DNA from: Fimbriimonadales bacterium
GTDB lineage: Bacteria > Armatimonadota > Fimbriimonadia > Fimbriimonadales > ATM1
Direction: 5' to 3'
DNA length: 64,000 bases
Assembly: GCA_051003155.1 (NCBI GenBank)
Contig: JBPCLO010000031.1
Location: 64,001-128,000, forward strand
Shown here piece by piece: positions 19,637 through 29,609 of this stretch (position 1 is the first letter of the stretch; every line of letters begins with the position of its first letter). Under the pieces are notes generated by a model. The model worked only from the letters and a program-made list of their open reading frames with translations. It was not told where the DNA came from and ran no database searches. Made by a program: the position numbers and the translations under genes.

Positions 19637-20233
19637 GTGGTCTTCAGCAAACCGCTCGCCAAGCTCATCGGACAGCTCGAAAGGCTCCCCGGCGTTGGGC
19701 CGAAATCCGCGCAGCGCCTGGCATACCATATTCTCAGGCAGAGCGAGGGCGACGTCGAACAACTCGCAAATGCGATCAGGGAGGCGAAGGCAAGGATACG
19801 CTTGTGCTCCGTTTGCCAGGCCTTCACCGAACACGAGATTTGCGAGATCTGCAGCGACTCGCGGCGAACAGGAGATGTGATTTGCGTAGTCGCCGAGCCC
19901 AAAGATACTTCGGCCGTGGAGCGGCTCAACGAGTTCAAGGGGCGCTACCACGTGCTGCATGGCCTGCTCAGCCCTCTCGACGGAATCGGCCCGGATGCGC
20001 TGAAGCTTCGAGAGCTGACGCGCAGGCTAGAGGGCGGCGCGGTCTCGGAAGTAATCGTCGCGACGAACCCGACGGTCGAGGGGGACGCAACGGCCCTCTA
20101 CCTCGCCCAACTATTTAAACCTCTCGGCATCAAGGTCACGCGATTGGCACACGGAATGCCGGTGGGCGGCGACTTGGATTTCGCAGATCAGGCAACCTTG
20201 CTGAGCGCGTTCGAGTATCGCCGGGAGTTGTAA
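19637..20233 (+). CDS. recR: Recombination protein RecR
   Basis: LPGVGPKSAQRLA, C4 zinc finger, ATNPTVEGDATA, RLAHGMPVG. Confidence 0.96.
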   Translation: MVFSKPLAKLIGQLERLPGVGPKSAQRLAYHILRQSEGDVEQLANAIREAKARIRLCSVCQAFTEHEICEICSDSRRTGDVICVVAEPKDTSAVERLNEFKGRYHVLHGLLSPLDGIGPDALKLRELTRRLEGGAVSEVIVATNPTVEGDATALYLAQLFKPLGIKVTRLAHGMPVGGDLDFADQATLLSAFEYRREL

Positions 20234-20248
20234 GTCTATAATAGTGCC

Positions 20249-21277
20249 ATGCGACGATTCACCCTCTGCGCGTTCGCGGGCCTCTTGTGTTTGCCTGCCC
20301 TTCCCATCGTCCTCGGCCAGGTCGACGACTTCGAAGACGGAACTCTCCAGAACTGGGAAGGCGGCTCCGATCCGACGAACATCCCGGACGGAGGGTCGTC
20401 TGGCGCCGGCGACAACTACTTGCAGATAAGCGCAGGGCGGAAGGGGGGCATCCACCTCGGCACTTTCAATTTGGTGCAGTGGAGTGGAAGCTATACCGAC
20501 GCAGGCGTCAAGGTGCTCGAATTCTATCTGCGCAATGAGGGCAAGACGACGCTCTCGATGCGAATCGTCCTATTCAACGGCACGACACGCTTCACATCGA
20601 CGCTCGCGACGATTTTGCCGCCTGACAACCGGTGGCGAAGAGTCGCGTTCCCGCTTCGCGAGAGTGACCTCACGCGCGTTTCGGGTACGGGCACTTATGA
20701 GCAAACGATGGCCTTCGCGTCTCGGCTTCTTATCCGCCACGACGCCGGAGACCCGTCGACCGGCGGGGAGGCGATCATTGGCCAGCTGGGCCTCGACGAT
20801 ATAACGGCATCGGCGTTCGGCACTGTCTTACCTCACGCTCTCACGTACCGCCGAGGATCGAATATCTCGGGTGGATTGCCGTCGTTGTTCTTTAGCGACG
20901 ATCAAAAGCTGGTTTCGAGGCCCGGCCCTGTCTTCTCGACACAGCTGGCGCCTGTCCTCCTCGAATTGGCAGGAACAGCGTCGTATCCAAATCCTGCGAC
21001 GCTGCGATTCACGTTGGAATCCTCAGCGAGCACGACCTCGCTGGTTCAGAAAGTGTTCCTCTTCAACTACGCAACGGCGCTCTTCGTGGAGTTCGACTCA
21101 CGCCCGACTACGACATCGGACTTCGTAATCGATGTCCCGACGAGCGAAATCGGCAAGTACATCGATCCGCTTACGCAGCAAATGAAGGCGCAAATCAGCT
21201 ACAGGCAAACGGGGACTATCTTCTTTTACCCGTGGATGGTCAGGCAGGACTTGGCCGTCTGGAAGCTCGACCCGTAG
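20249..21277 (+). CDS. Secreted protein with shared C-terminal accessory domain
   Basis: Signal peptide, GQVDDFEDGTLQNW domain, C-terminal ~150 aa similar to that of the S8 protease. Confidence 0.8.
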   Translation: MRRFTLCAFAGLLCLPALPIVLGQVDDFEDGTLQNWEGGSDPTNIPDGGSSGAGDNYLQISAGRKGGIHLGTFNLVQWSGSYTDAGVKVLEFYLRNEGKTTLSMRIVLFNGTTRFTSTLATILPPDNRWRRVAFPLRESDLTRVSGTGTYEQTMAFASRLLIRHDAGDPSTGGEAIIGQLGLDDITASAFGTVLPHALTYRRGSNISGGLPSLFFSDDQKLVSRPGPVFSTQLAPVLLELAGTASYPNPATLRFTLESSASTTSLVQKVFLFNYATALFVEFDSRPTTTSDFVIDVPTSEIGKYIDPLTQQMKAQISYRQTGTIFFYPWMVRQDLAVWKLDP

Positions 21278-22278
21278 ACCTCTCGCTCGAAGGTCAGTAG
21301 CATATCTTGAACTTCGGCGTACGTATTCGCGGCCACTAGCGCATTGCGCAAGGCGGCGGCTCCGGGCTCGCCTTTAATATAGAGAGGGATCTGACCCCTG
21401 AGGGAGCGAACGGCCGCGATCTCGGCGAATGCCACGTCTCTAAACGTTCCGGTTTCGCGCTCGAAGTCGATCGCCAGCCTGAGGTGCTCGAGCGCGACCT
21501 GAATCCTCTCACTCAGGCTCGGTGGCTCGGCTACGGCGCGGCCCCCAACTCCCTGCACAATCGCGCGGAGGGCCCACGGGTTGCTGATGGCGGCTCGGCC
21601 GACCATGACTCCGTCACAGCCGGTCTCGTCGAGCATCTTCTGCGCATCCTCCGCCGTTCGCACGTCGCTATTCCCGACGAGAGGGATAGTGACTGCATTG
21701 CGCAGTGCGGCGATGAGGCCCCAGTTCGCGGAACCCTCGAATCCTTGTTTCGCGAAGCGGGCGTGTAGCGTCAGCATTTGCGCTCCCGCGCCTTCGAATC
21801 GCTTCGCCAGATCGGGCGCAGCAAACAAATCGTACGTCCAACCCGCGCGGACCTTGACGGTGACCGGAATCTTGACCACCTTCACTACGGCGTGCACAAT
21901 CTGTTCCGCGAGGTCCGGGTCTTTGAGGAGGGCCGCGCCGGAGCCGGTTTTGCAGACCTTGGGGACCCAACAACCCATGTTGATGTCGACGACGTCCGCA
22001 CCCATCTCTTCGCACAGGAGCGCGGTCTCGACCATCACATCGGCGTCTCCACCAAAAATCTGGATGCCGAGCGGGCGCTCCGCGTCGGAGATTCTCATTT
22101 TTCTCAGCGTTTTCGCCGCCCCATGATGGATCGCCATGGCGCTGACGAACTCCGTGAACATGAGTCCTGGCCCCGCGATTCGCTTTACGATATGGCGAAA
22201 TGCTTCGTTGGACACATCCTCCATCGGTGCGAGAAGCACCGGCGGATCAACGCATATCGGGCCGACGCAAAAACTCAT
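21226..22278 (-). CDS. dusB: tRNA-dihydrouridine synthase (DusB-like)
   Basis: LAPMEDVS, DINMGCWVPKV, GSGAALL, GCDGVMVGR. Confidence 0.9.
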   Translation of the reverse strand: MSFCVGPICVDPPVLLAPMEDVSNEAFRHIVKRIAGPGLMFTEFVSAMAIHHGAAKTLRKMRISDAERPLGIQIFGGDADVMVETALLCEEMGADVVDINMGCWVPKVCKTGSGAALLKDPDLAEQIVHAVVKVVKIPVTVKVRAGWTYDLFAAPDLAKRFEGAGAQMLTLHARFAKQGFEGSANWGLIAALRNAVTIPLVGNSDVRTAEDAQKMLDETGCDGVMVGRAAISNPWALRAIVQGVGGRAVAEPPSLSERIQVALEHLRLAIDFERETGTFRDVAFAEIAAVRSLRGQIPLYIKGEPGAAALRNALVAANTYAEVQDMLLTFEREVYGSSFQTAKSCLTIHG

Positions 22279-22409
22279 GCTCCTTATTAAAGCCGTTTGC
22301 TGAGCGCCGATGTCCGCCAGTACCGATTGTGCTGAGATAGCCCTCCGCGTGGGCAGGGTTACGGCAGCCTTTGAAGTGGCGAATCTCCGTATAATCCGGC
22401 GACCGCAGC

Positions 22410-22832
22410 ATGGCGATTACGTACACAACAGATTTGGATGGAATCGGGCCCGAAGACATGGACGGATTTTATGTCGGCTGGTCTTCACCGCCCGCCACCG
22501 GCGAGCGCGTGGAGATTCTGCGTAGGTCCACCCACGCAGTGATCGCGATGGACAGGACGAAAGTAGTCGGCTTCGTCAACGCGCTTTCCAACGGCCACAT
22601 GGCTTACATCCCGCTCCTCGAAGTCTTGCCTGAGCACCAGGGGTGGGGCATCGGGACGGAGCTGGTGAAACGCGTTATTGCCGAGATCGGCGAGCAGTAC
22701 GGCGTGGATACAGCATGTGACGATGACGTGCTGCCGTTCTACGAACGCCTCGGCTTTAAGCGCGGCAACGCTATGGTTCTTCGCAACTATGGGCCGACGA
22801 CTCGGGCTAACGCTCACCCGCCAAAGGGTTGA
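22410..22832 (+). CDS. GNAT acetyltransferase
   Basis: VLPEHQGWGIGTELV, FYERLGF. Confidence 0.9.
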   Translation: MAITYTTDLDGIGPEDMDGFYVGWSSPPATGERVEILRRSTHAVIAMDRTKVVGFVNALSNGHMAYIPLLEVLPEHQGWGIGTELVKRVIAEIGEQYGVDTACDDDVLPFYERLGFKRGNAMVLRNYGPTTRANAHPPKG

Positions 22833-22857
22833 ACCCTTTGGGCGGGAGAGCGAATAG

Positions 22858-24243
22858 TTACTTCTGGCGAGGAAGCAGCGTGTCGGCGCAGGCTAGGTTG
22901 TATGCGGTTACGGCGGCAACGGTGGAAGATTGCACGAGATACTCTGGAATTGCTTGTTCCAGCTTGTCGTGCTGGGTGTGGTGGACGTAGTTGTAGTCCG
23001 CCCGTCCGTCCTCTGCCCAGAAGAAACCGGGGACGCCGACCGCGTTGAAGGACGAATGGTCGCTTCCCCCGCCTTTCGGCATGGTTTCTCGGACTCTGAG
23101 CGTCACGGGCATGCCAGGGAAGAAGGTGGCAACGGGCTCGATCGCTTGCGCCAGCAACGGCTGCATGGCGGCGATACAAACCAATCCGCCCTCGTAGTTC
23201 GTTCCGCCGTCGTCCACAAACACTGCCGAGATCTTATCGAGCCCGGCCTTGTGCTTCTCGACGTAGGCACGCGAGCCGAGCAGGCCCTGCTCCTCACCGG
23301 TCCAAAGGATAAAACGGATCGTTCGTTTCGGCCTAGCGTCCGAAGCCATCAAGATGCGAGCGGCTTCGAGAGCCACCATGGTGCCGGTTCCGTTGTCGCA
23401 GGTGCCTTGCGAGCCGGGGCCATCCCAGCTATCGAGGTGGCCGCTCACGATGACGACCTCGTCCGGCTTTTCGGTTCCCCTGATCTCGGCGACGACGTTG
23501 TAGAGGGGCACCGGACCAGGCACAAATGTATTCTCGAGGTCGAATTCGAGCTGCACTTCCTTCCCGTTGCCGACCTCAGCCAGGATCGCGTCGTAGTCGC
23601 TCTTGCGCACGGTCACGTTTACGGCTTTCGGGAGGTTATCGAAGGTTAGGTCGCGGAAATTGCCTCCCGTAAGCACGAGGTCGTTTCTCGATGACCTAAC
23701 CCTTCCCGCAATGCCGGCGTCATCGAGCGCCTTGTCCACCTCGGCTTGGGCCGGATTCGGCGCCTCGCCTCGCCGTCTTTGCTTGGCGATAATCCAGGCG
23801 CCTTTCAGCATTCGCTTCTTCAAATTCAGACTAGCCATGTCCGAAGGCTCCATAACTGCCCGCCCGCGGACAAGTCCATTGGTGCCGGCAGTCCACGAGC
23901 TGGTGGTGAATTCGAAATCCCGCTGCATGGGCGAGACCATTCGGCCGATTTGGCGGGCGCCCCTCTGGAATCCGACCGGAACCGATCCCCATTCCTCCAG
24001 GTTACAATTTGTCAAGCCAAAGGATTGGAATTGGTCCCGGGTCCATTCACAGGCTTTCTGCAAGCTTGGAGAACCGGTTAGGCGAGCGCCTATTTTGGTG
24101 GAGAGGTGCTCGAGGTGTTTCATCACCTGATTGCGGCTCTTGCCCTCATCGAGAATCTTGGCGATAACGCCAGGATCTCCTTGAGCAGCGCCGATTGAGA
24201 CAGCAAGAGCGATCCCGCCGATAAAGAGAAGTCGTTGTCGCAT
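22858..24243 (-). CDS. Secreted M28 metallopeptidase (carboxypeptidase Q-like)
   Basis: SGHLDSWD, DNGTG, GEEQGLLGS, GSDHSSF, HHTQHD. Confidence 0.9.
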   Translation of the reverse strand: MRQRLLFIGGIALAVSIGAAQGDPGVIAKILDEGKSRNQVMKHLEHLSTKIGARLTGSPSLQKACEWTRDQFQSFGLTNCNLEEWGSVPVGFQRGARQIGRMVSPMQRDFEFTTSSWTAGTNGLVRGRAVMEPSDMASLNLKKRMLKGAWIIAKQRRRGEAPNPAQAEVDKALDDAGIAGRVRSSRNDLVLTGGNFRDLTFDNLPKAVNVTVRKSDYDAILAEVGNGKEVQLEFDLENTFVPGPVPLYNVVAEIRGTEKPDEVVIVSGHLDSWDGPGSQGTCDNGTGTMVALEAARILMASDARPKRTIRFILWTGEEQGLLGSRAYVEKHKAGLDKISAVFVDDGGTNYEGGLVCIAAMQPLLAQAIEPVATFFPGMPVTLRVRETMPKGGGSDHSSFNAVGVPGFFWAEDGRADYNYVHHTQHDKLEQAIPEYLVQSSTVAAVTAYNLACADTLLPRQK

Positions 24244-24287
24244 GTTGGAAAGAATACTTGCAGACTCCTTCTAATTGTTCGCGACCT

Positions 24288-24321
24288 AAAAAAAGGCCGG
24301 GCCGAGAACTCGGCCCGGCCT
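24288..24321 (-). terminator. Rho-independent terminator after the S8 protease
   Basis: Stem AGGCCGGGCCGAG/CTCGGCCCGGCCT followed by a U-tract on the minus strand. Confidence 0.85.
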
Positions 24322-24336
24322 TCTCTAATTCCCCAC

Positions 24337-26892
24337 CTACGGGATCATCGCAAGTTTCAGGTGGTCCATACCAACGGTATACGGGTAAATGAACACCGGG
24401 CCGTTCGGCTTCCAGCTATACCGGACGCGAACAAGGCCCGAGCCATTGACATATGCCGACGGATCGCCTACCACCACCGTGTAGACCTCTTCAGTCGATG
24501 GGGCGACCCGAGAGTCGACTTGTTCCCACAGCCCTGAGGAGGGGTTGAACATTTCGATACGCGCTTGAAGGTTGCTGGCGGAAGCTCCGGCTTCCACGGT
24601 CAGTTGAAGGGCATCAGGAGTTGTCGTCGGGAGGGTCGTCTCAGCGATCAGCCGGATTGGAGCCTCCTGCGTCGTGAAGACAGGTCCGGGTCGAACCACG
24701 TACCGATCGTCGTTGCTGGTGACGGTATCGGACGTTGCTCCGGAGATCACGATGCCACGCTCGAGCGTGAACGATGTATAGGGAATCACGTGCGCGACTC
24801 CCGAGACCACCAACGCGTAGTCGGCGTCGAGTTCGGGAGTGCCCACATGACTATCTTGGAGGATCTCACTACCGAGAATTTCAACGGTCCAAACACCGGC
24901 CGTCGGATTCTGAACGAACACGTTCTCGACCGTATCTTTGACGTTTGCGACGCCGCCGGATGTGGACCAGATGCCCGCCGACAGGCCGTTGTTACCAAAA
25001 TACAACGTCCCACCGCCAGGAGCGGTGACACGCAGCGTGAGATCGTTAACCCTGTGCTGAGACTGATTTGCCGGGTTACCGGCTAGGTCCTTGTAACACA
25101 TGGTTGCTCGAAGAGCAGGCGTTCCCGCATCGACGTAGAGCCTGTATGTGTTCGTACCCAGTGGCGTGACCACGTCGGTCTCGTCGACGACGAACATATC
25201 TACTGCCCGGTCGAAGAGGTCTTTGATCGCGGCAGTGCCCCAGCCTTGCCGAACGCGAGTCAAGCCACCCTGATTCAGCGGATACTGGGTGGCGCTATTG
25301 ATCATGAGGGCCTTTGCCGTCATCGCATGGCAGCGCGCGTCGAATACGGTGTCCTCTTCCACCGTATTGTTGAATACGCCGTCGGCCCACATCTGGAACA
25401 GAAGGCCGAAGTGGCCACACGTTATGGGCGTCGCACTGCTAGTCCCACCGAAGTTGCTCGTATAGGACATGTCGGACACATTGGAAGGACAGAAGATCGA
25501 ATCGTAGAAGTGCGACAGGTCCGGTTTGATTCGGCCATCGCTCGCCGGCCCCGTACTGGCGCCGCTTAAGTTATCATCCGCTCTCGGAGCGGTATTCAAG
25601 TGATCGACACCGCCGACTGCCACGATATTCTTTGCCCACGCTTGCGGCCTAGACTGCGTGTTGCCCAAGTTGCTCTGAGACTGGCAAATAAGAATATCGA
25701 GGTCGAAGATCAGATCGTCCATCTCCGCCGACACAGTCGTATAGGTCGTCGTCTGCGGGCTGCCAGTGCTGTTGGATTCGAACACGATGTGGTTATTGTT
25801 GATTGCATTCTGAGTTTGGTTGTAGCGGGTCGCACCCGTGCTAAGGCCGGCGCGGAATACGCCTTGCCCGAGGGGGAGGACGCCCTTTCCCATGCCGTTC
25901 ACGGCGCCATCTCCAAATATGATGCCGGTAGTGTTCGTGCCATGAGACGTGTCCCCGGAGTTCTGGAGGATGATCAGGGGTCGGGAATCGAAGTCATTGT
26001 GAGTGCCGCGGACGCCGGTATCACGAACGAGCCCGATAACTCCCTGGCCGCCGTAGCCGGCCACGGTTTGCAGGTCATTGGTCCCGCTGAAGATTCGGGC
26101 GATGTTCATGTCGATTTCCTGCTTGCCCCATTTGTCGATCCACATGACCTCGTTCCAGCCTGCGGCTTCCAAGAGTTGCCTCGCGGAGAGGTCCGCTTCG
26201 ACGCTGCGGCCCCCAGGACCGGCATCGACAACGGTGCCGCCGATGCTGCGAATCCTGTTCGCTAGCGGGTCCTTCTGTATGGAACCGCTCTCGAAGACTC
26301 GGATGTTATAACGCTGCGTCGGCAAGGAATCCATCGACGCGATCAGCGAAAGATCGAGTCGGTACGCGGGCTCGTAGGGACCCACCCACCGCACATAGGA
26401 CATGCCCTCCACCTGGCGCTTGGCGAACGCGCTCATGCGAACCACGTACGCGTTGTTCTTGATGTAGCTGTAAACGGTGCCTCCGAGCGCCGCTATCTCC
26501 TTTCTGAATTGCTCGAGGGGCATTGATACGAACTGTACAATGAAGAGTTCGTTCTGCGCGTTTGCGGCGAGGCGGCTGGGCACGGCGGGCACGCCCTTCA
26601 GGGGGTCGAAGCTCGCGTACTGCAGTTCGATAGCCAGCCCGGATTCAGCCACGCGCTGGATTCGGGTGCCGTCGAGGCTTATTCCGTGGTAAGGCGTCCC
26701 GCCTTCGTTCCATAGAGCAACAACCGCCGTACTGCCCGCCAGCCTTATGGACCGTAAGCCCGAAACAGGTTGCGTAGTAGAGTGGAACGGGATCCCGCCA
26801 AGAGACAGCTCGCTCTTGCCTCCCATTCGTTCAATGGATACATCCTGCAGGCTGCCGAACAAAGCGGCGCCTGCGATCACGATCGATAACAT
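24337..26892 (-). CDS. Secreted subtilisin-like (S8) protease with shared C-terminal domain
   Basis: VRDTG, SHGTNTTG, GGTSSATP triad; signal peptide; GGAGG SD. Confidence 0.9.
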   Translation of the reverse strand: MLSIVIAGAALFGSLQDVSIERMGGKSELSLGGIPFHSTTQPVSGLRSIRLAGSTAVVALWNEGGTPYHGISLDGTRIQRVAESGLAIELQYASFDPLKGVPAVPSRLAANAQNELFIVQFVSMPLEQFRKEIAALGGTVYSYIKNNAYVVRMSAFAKRQVEGMSYVRWVGPYEPAYRLDLSLIASMDSLPTQRYNIRVFESGSIQKDPLANRIRSIGGTVVDAGPGGRSVEADLSARQLLEAAGWNEVMWIDKWGKQEIDMNIARIFSGTNDLQTVAGYGGQGVIGLVRDTGVRGTHNDFDSRPLIILQNSGDTSHGTNTTGIIFGDGAVNGMGKGVLPLGQGVFRAGLSTGATRYNQTQNAINNNHIVFESNSTGSPQTTTYTTVSAEMDDLIFDLDILICQSQSNLGNTQSRPQAWAKNIVAVGGVDHLNTAPRADDNLSGASTGPASDGRIKPDLSHFYDSIFCPSNVSDMSYTSNFGGTSSATPITCGHFGLLFQMWADGVFNNTVEEDTVFDARCHAMTAKALMINSATQYPLNQGGLTRVRQGWGTAAIKDLFDRAVDMFVVDETDVVTPLGTNTYRLYVDAGTPALRATMCYKDLAGNPANQSQHRVNDLTLRVTAPGGGTLYFGNNGLSAGIWSTSGGVANVKDTVENVFVQNPTAGVWTVEILGSEILQDSHVGTPELDADYALVVSGVAHVIPYTSFTLERGIVISGATSDTVTSNDDRYVVRPGPVFTTQEAPIRLIAETTLPTTTPDALQLTVEAGASASNLQARIEMFNPSSGLWEQVDSRVAPSTEEVYTVVVGDPSAYVNGSGLVRVRYSWKPNGPVFIYPYTVGMDHLKLAMIP

Positions 26893-27032
26893 AGCAAAAC
26901 CTCCGTTAAAGCATAGGCGGACGGCGTCGAGGCCACACGCAGACATGTCAGGCTCTTATGGTAGCCGGATTTCTATTAAACACTAAGTCTCGTGAGTATT
27001 TGGCCCAATGCCAGACAAAAAAGCGTTAATGT

Positions 27033-27041
27033 TGGTATAAT
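27033..27041 (+). promoter_or_regulatory. Extended -10 promoter for the SLH-porin gene
   Basis: TGGTATAAT about 175 nt upstream of the ATG. Confidence 0.55.
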
Positions 27042-27215
27042 CTTCGGGAATGTGGATATTCGGGCCATAGGTCTGCGTATCTAATTACAGTTGCTCGCAA
27101 GGATGCGGAGACTGCGCCGGGAGGCGGAGGATAACAAAGGGTTACTCCCCTCGAAGCCGGCCAGAGTAAGCGGTCCTTGACGATCGACACGCACACTCTC
27201 AAGGAGGAGTAACGT

Positions 27216-29186
27216 ATGAACAAAACGCTGAAACTCGCTTTCGGCGCCCTGCTCGGGTCCATGCTAGTCATGCCGGCCCTTGCCCAGGGAGAGCAATTCC
27301 CTGACGTCCCTGAGAACCATTGGGTTTACAAGGCGCTTCTCGACATGAAGAACGAGGGCATCTTGGTTGGATATCCCGACGGTCTTTTCCGGGGCGGACG
27401 CCCTGCGAGCCGCTACGAGCTCGCCGGCGCCATCAACACGGCCTACCAGAAGCTCAAGGGCATGATCGGCGGTCTGCAGGATCAGATCGACGCGATCAAA
27501 GCCGGTATGGGCGGCGGCCAGGACGTAGAAGCGCTTCGCCGCGAACTCGACGCCCTAAAAGCTCAAGTTGCGGCGATGGGTCGCTACGGCGACGACATCG
27601 CTGCCCTGCAGCGCATGGCCTCGACCTTCGAGAAAGACCTCGCCGCTCTTGGCGTGGATGTCGAAGCTATGAAGAAGGACCTCAGCGATCTCGCTGAGCG
27701 CGTTGGCCGGCTCGAGAAGATCAAGCCCGCTGTGGACATCCACGGCGACATCAACGCTGTTCTTCACGGCGGACACTCCGAGGATGGCCTCTTCGGCATC
27801 ACCGTCGACGCACGCCCCACGGGCGTCGGCCGCGGCGGATACTCCGGCGAACCCGTCGGTATGGAGCGCGATCTTTCGATCGGGCACGAACTGGGTCTCC
27901 AGCTCAACGGCACGAATGAAGAGGGGCCTAAGTGGCATGCAACGCTAGTCGTCGGCAACCTGCTGGGCTTCTCTTCGGAAGGCCTTGAGGGCGGCCCCGT
28001 CTCCACCATGTATGGCAACCAGTCCGGCGTTATGGCAAACCTCGCGTTCCGCGAGCAGGCAGAAAGCGTATACTTCCAGGACTTCGGCGTCACCTTCGAC
28101 ACCGCGATGTTGGGACAGGGCTTCTCAGCCGACCTCGGCCGCGTCAGCCACAAGGCGGGTAGATACTTCTTCCAGCGAATCGACAATACTCCGTATTTCG
28201 AGAATCCTCGCTGGGATGATGGCAACTGGTACTTCGATGGAGCCGACCTCGGCTTTCACTGGGGCACCGTCGGCCTCGACGTCTATGCTGGCCGCACTTC
28301 GGATCACCTCGACAGTGGCTCAACCTTCGGTGGCTTAGTCAACAACGAGATCTGGCCAATGAGCGCCGGTCCTCAGAACTTCTTCGCCAGCGGTGAGATG
28401 CTGGTCGACCGAACCCTCGGTTTCGACCTCGGCTTCAAGCTCGGCGGTTCTGGAGACATCATGCTCCACTACCTGTTCCTAGACAGCGATAACCCGGTCA
28501 CGGCTTCCATGTCGGGCGCCAGCACCTACAATCGCGTCAACGTTTGGGGCGGTGAGGTCAACTTCAACCTTGGCCAGAACCTGATGCTCAACGGTGGCTA
28601 CAGCCAAACCGACCTTAAGTACAACGAGAGCAGCGTGCTGGACGAAGACAACGCCGCTTGGTGGGCTCAAGCTCGCTTCCACGTAGGCGCCGTCGGCATC
28701 GGCCTCGGCTATCGAGAAATCGAGCCTTGGTTCGGCGCTCCCGGCGACTGGGGCCGCGTCGGCTTCCTTTGGAATCCGGTCGACCACCAGGGTCCCTACG
28801 GTGACGTCAGCTTCAACGTCAGCAACAATCTCGACGCCAAGGTCGGCGCGTTCCTCTTCGAGGGCCGCGACGGGGTCATCATCCCCGCTGACGCCGAGAT
28901 GTTTGGGATCAACGCCGAGTTGAACTTCAAGCTCTTCGGAACTTGGGGAGCAAACCTCGGTTGGGAATGGGTTGAGTATCGTGACGTGGTCGCCGGCTTC
29001 GAGCCGTCGGTCAACTGGTACCGCGTCGGCCTATCCCAGATGATGGGGGACGGCTCCTCGCTGATGTTCAAGTATGAGATCAGCAACTACGACGACGAGG
29101 GTTCCGGCTTCACAAGCGGCCTTGGCCTTATCGGCGGAGATCGCAGGGGTGGCCTGTTCACCACGCAGTGGACGAGAAAGTTCTAA
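27216..29186 (+). CDS. SLH-domain + coiled-coil + beta-barrel outer-membrane protein (SlpA/OmpM-like)
   Basis: FPDVPENHWVY...GYPDGLFRGGRPASRYELA SLH motif; heptad coil; beta-strand region ending WTRKF; strong SD. Confidence 0.88.
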   Translation: MNKTLKLAFGALLGSMLVMPALAQGEQFPDVPENHWVYKALLDMKNEGILVGYPDGLFRGGRPASRYELAGAINTAYQKLKGMIGGLQDQIDAIKAGMGGGQDVEALRRELDALKAQVAAMGRYGDDIAALQRMASTFEKDLAALGVDVEAMKKDLSDLAERVGRLEKIKPAVDIHGDINAVLHGGHSEDGLFGITVDARPTGVGRGGYSGEPVGMERDLSIGHELGLQLNGTNEEGPKWHATLVVGNLLGFSSEGLEGGPVSTMYGNQSGVMANLAFREQAESVYFQDFGVTFDTAMLGQGFSADLGRVSHKAGRYFFQRIDNTPYFENPRWDDGNWYFDGADLGFHWGTVGLDVYAGRTSDHLDSGSTFGGLVNNEIWPMSAGPQNFFASGEMLVDRTLGFDLGFKLGGSGDIMLHYLFLDSDNPVTASMSGASTYNRVNVWGGEVNFNLGQNLMLNGGYSQTDLKYNESSVLDEDNAAWWAQARFHVGAVGIGLGYREIEPWFGAPGDWGRVGFLWNPVDHQGPYGDVSFNVSNNLDAKVGAFLFEGRDGVIIPADAEMFGINAELNFKLFGTWGANLGWEWVEYRDVVAGFEPSVNWYRVGLSQMMGDGSSLMFKYEISNYDDEGSGFTSGLGLIGGDRRGGLFTTQWTRKF

Positions 29187-29207
29187 CTTAGAACGTCCTG
29201 CACATGC

Positions 29208-29246
29208 AAAATCCCATCCGGTCTTCGCACCGGCTGGGATTTTTTT
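29208..29246. terminator. Probably bidirectional terminator
   Basis: AAAATCCCATCCGGT-CTTCGC-ACCGGCTGGGATTTTTTT between convergent genes. Confidence 0.85.
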
Positions 29247-29257
29247 GTTCCTTGCGC

Positions 29258-29596
29258 CTAAGAAGGGCGAGAGTTCCGGCCTGCTTCTTGCTCGACCTTG
29301 TGGTCTTCCCGCGTGCCCAAAACGCCTTGTTGTTCCCGGCGCCTGCCGCGTCGCACCAAAGCGTCGCTCGCCTCCTGCAGATGGTTAAGAGCATCGGCGT
29401 TTTCCTCGCAGGCCAATTCTCGGCCCTGGAAGTCCAGCAGCTTCTTGATCAGCAGGTCGATCACGTCCTCGACCCGGCAGCCGTTGACGCCTACCGATTG
29501 CGGTGCTCCATGCTGGAAGATGATGTCCACAAACTCCGTCTTGATCCGGGCATCGCTGCCGTCCATGCTCCGGAACCTTTCCATGTTTTCGCTCAT
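29258..29596 (-). CDS. Tad1/Acb2-like small protein
   Basis: IIFQHGAPQSVGVNG...EDVIDLLIKKLLDFQ...ACEENADALNHLQEA...RR...REQQGVLGT parallels phage Tad1. Confidence 0.75.
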   Translation of the reverse strand: MSENMERFRSMDGSDARIKTEFVDIIFQHGAPQSVGVNGCRVEDVIDLLIKKLLDFQGRELACEENADALNHLQEASDALVRRGRRREQQGVLGTREDHKVEQEAGRNSRPS

Positions 29597-29609
29597 TTGT
29601 CGCAGTTCC

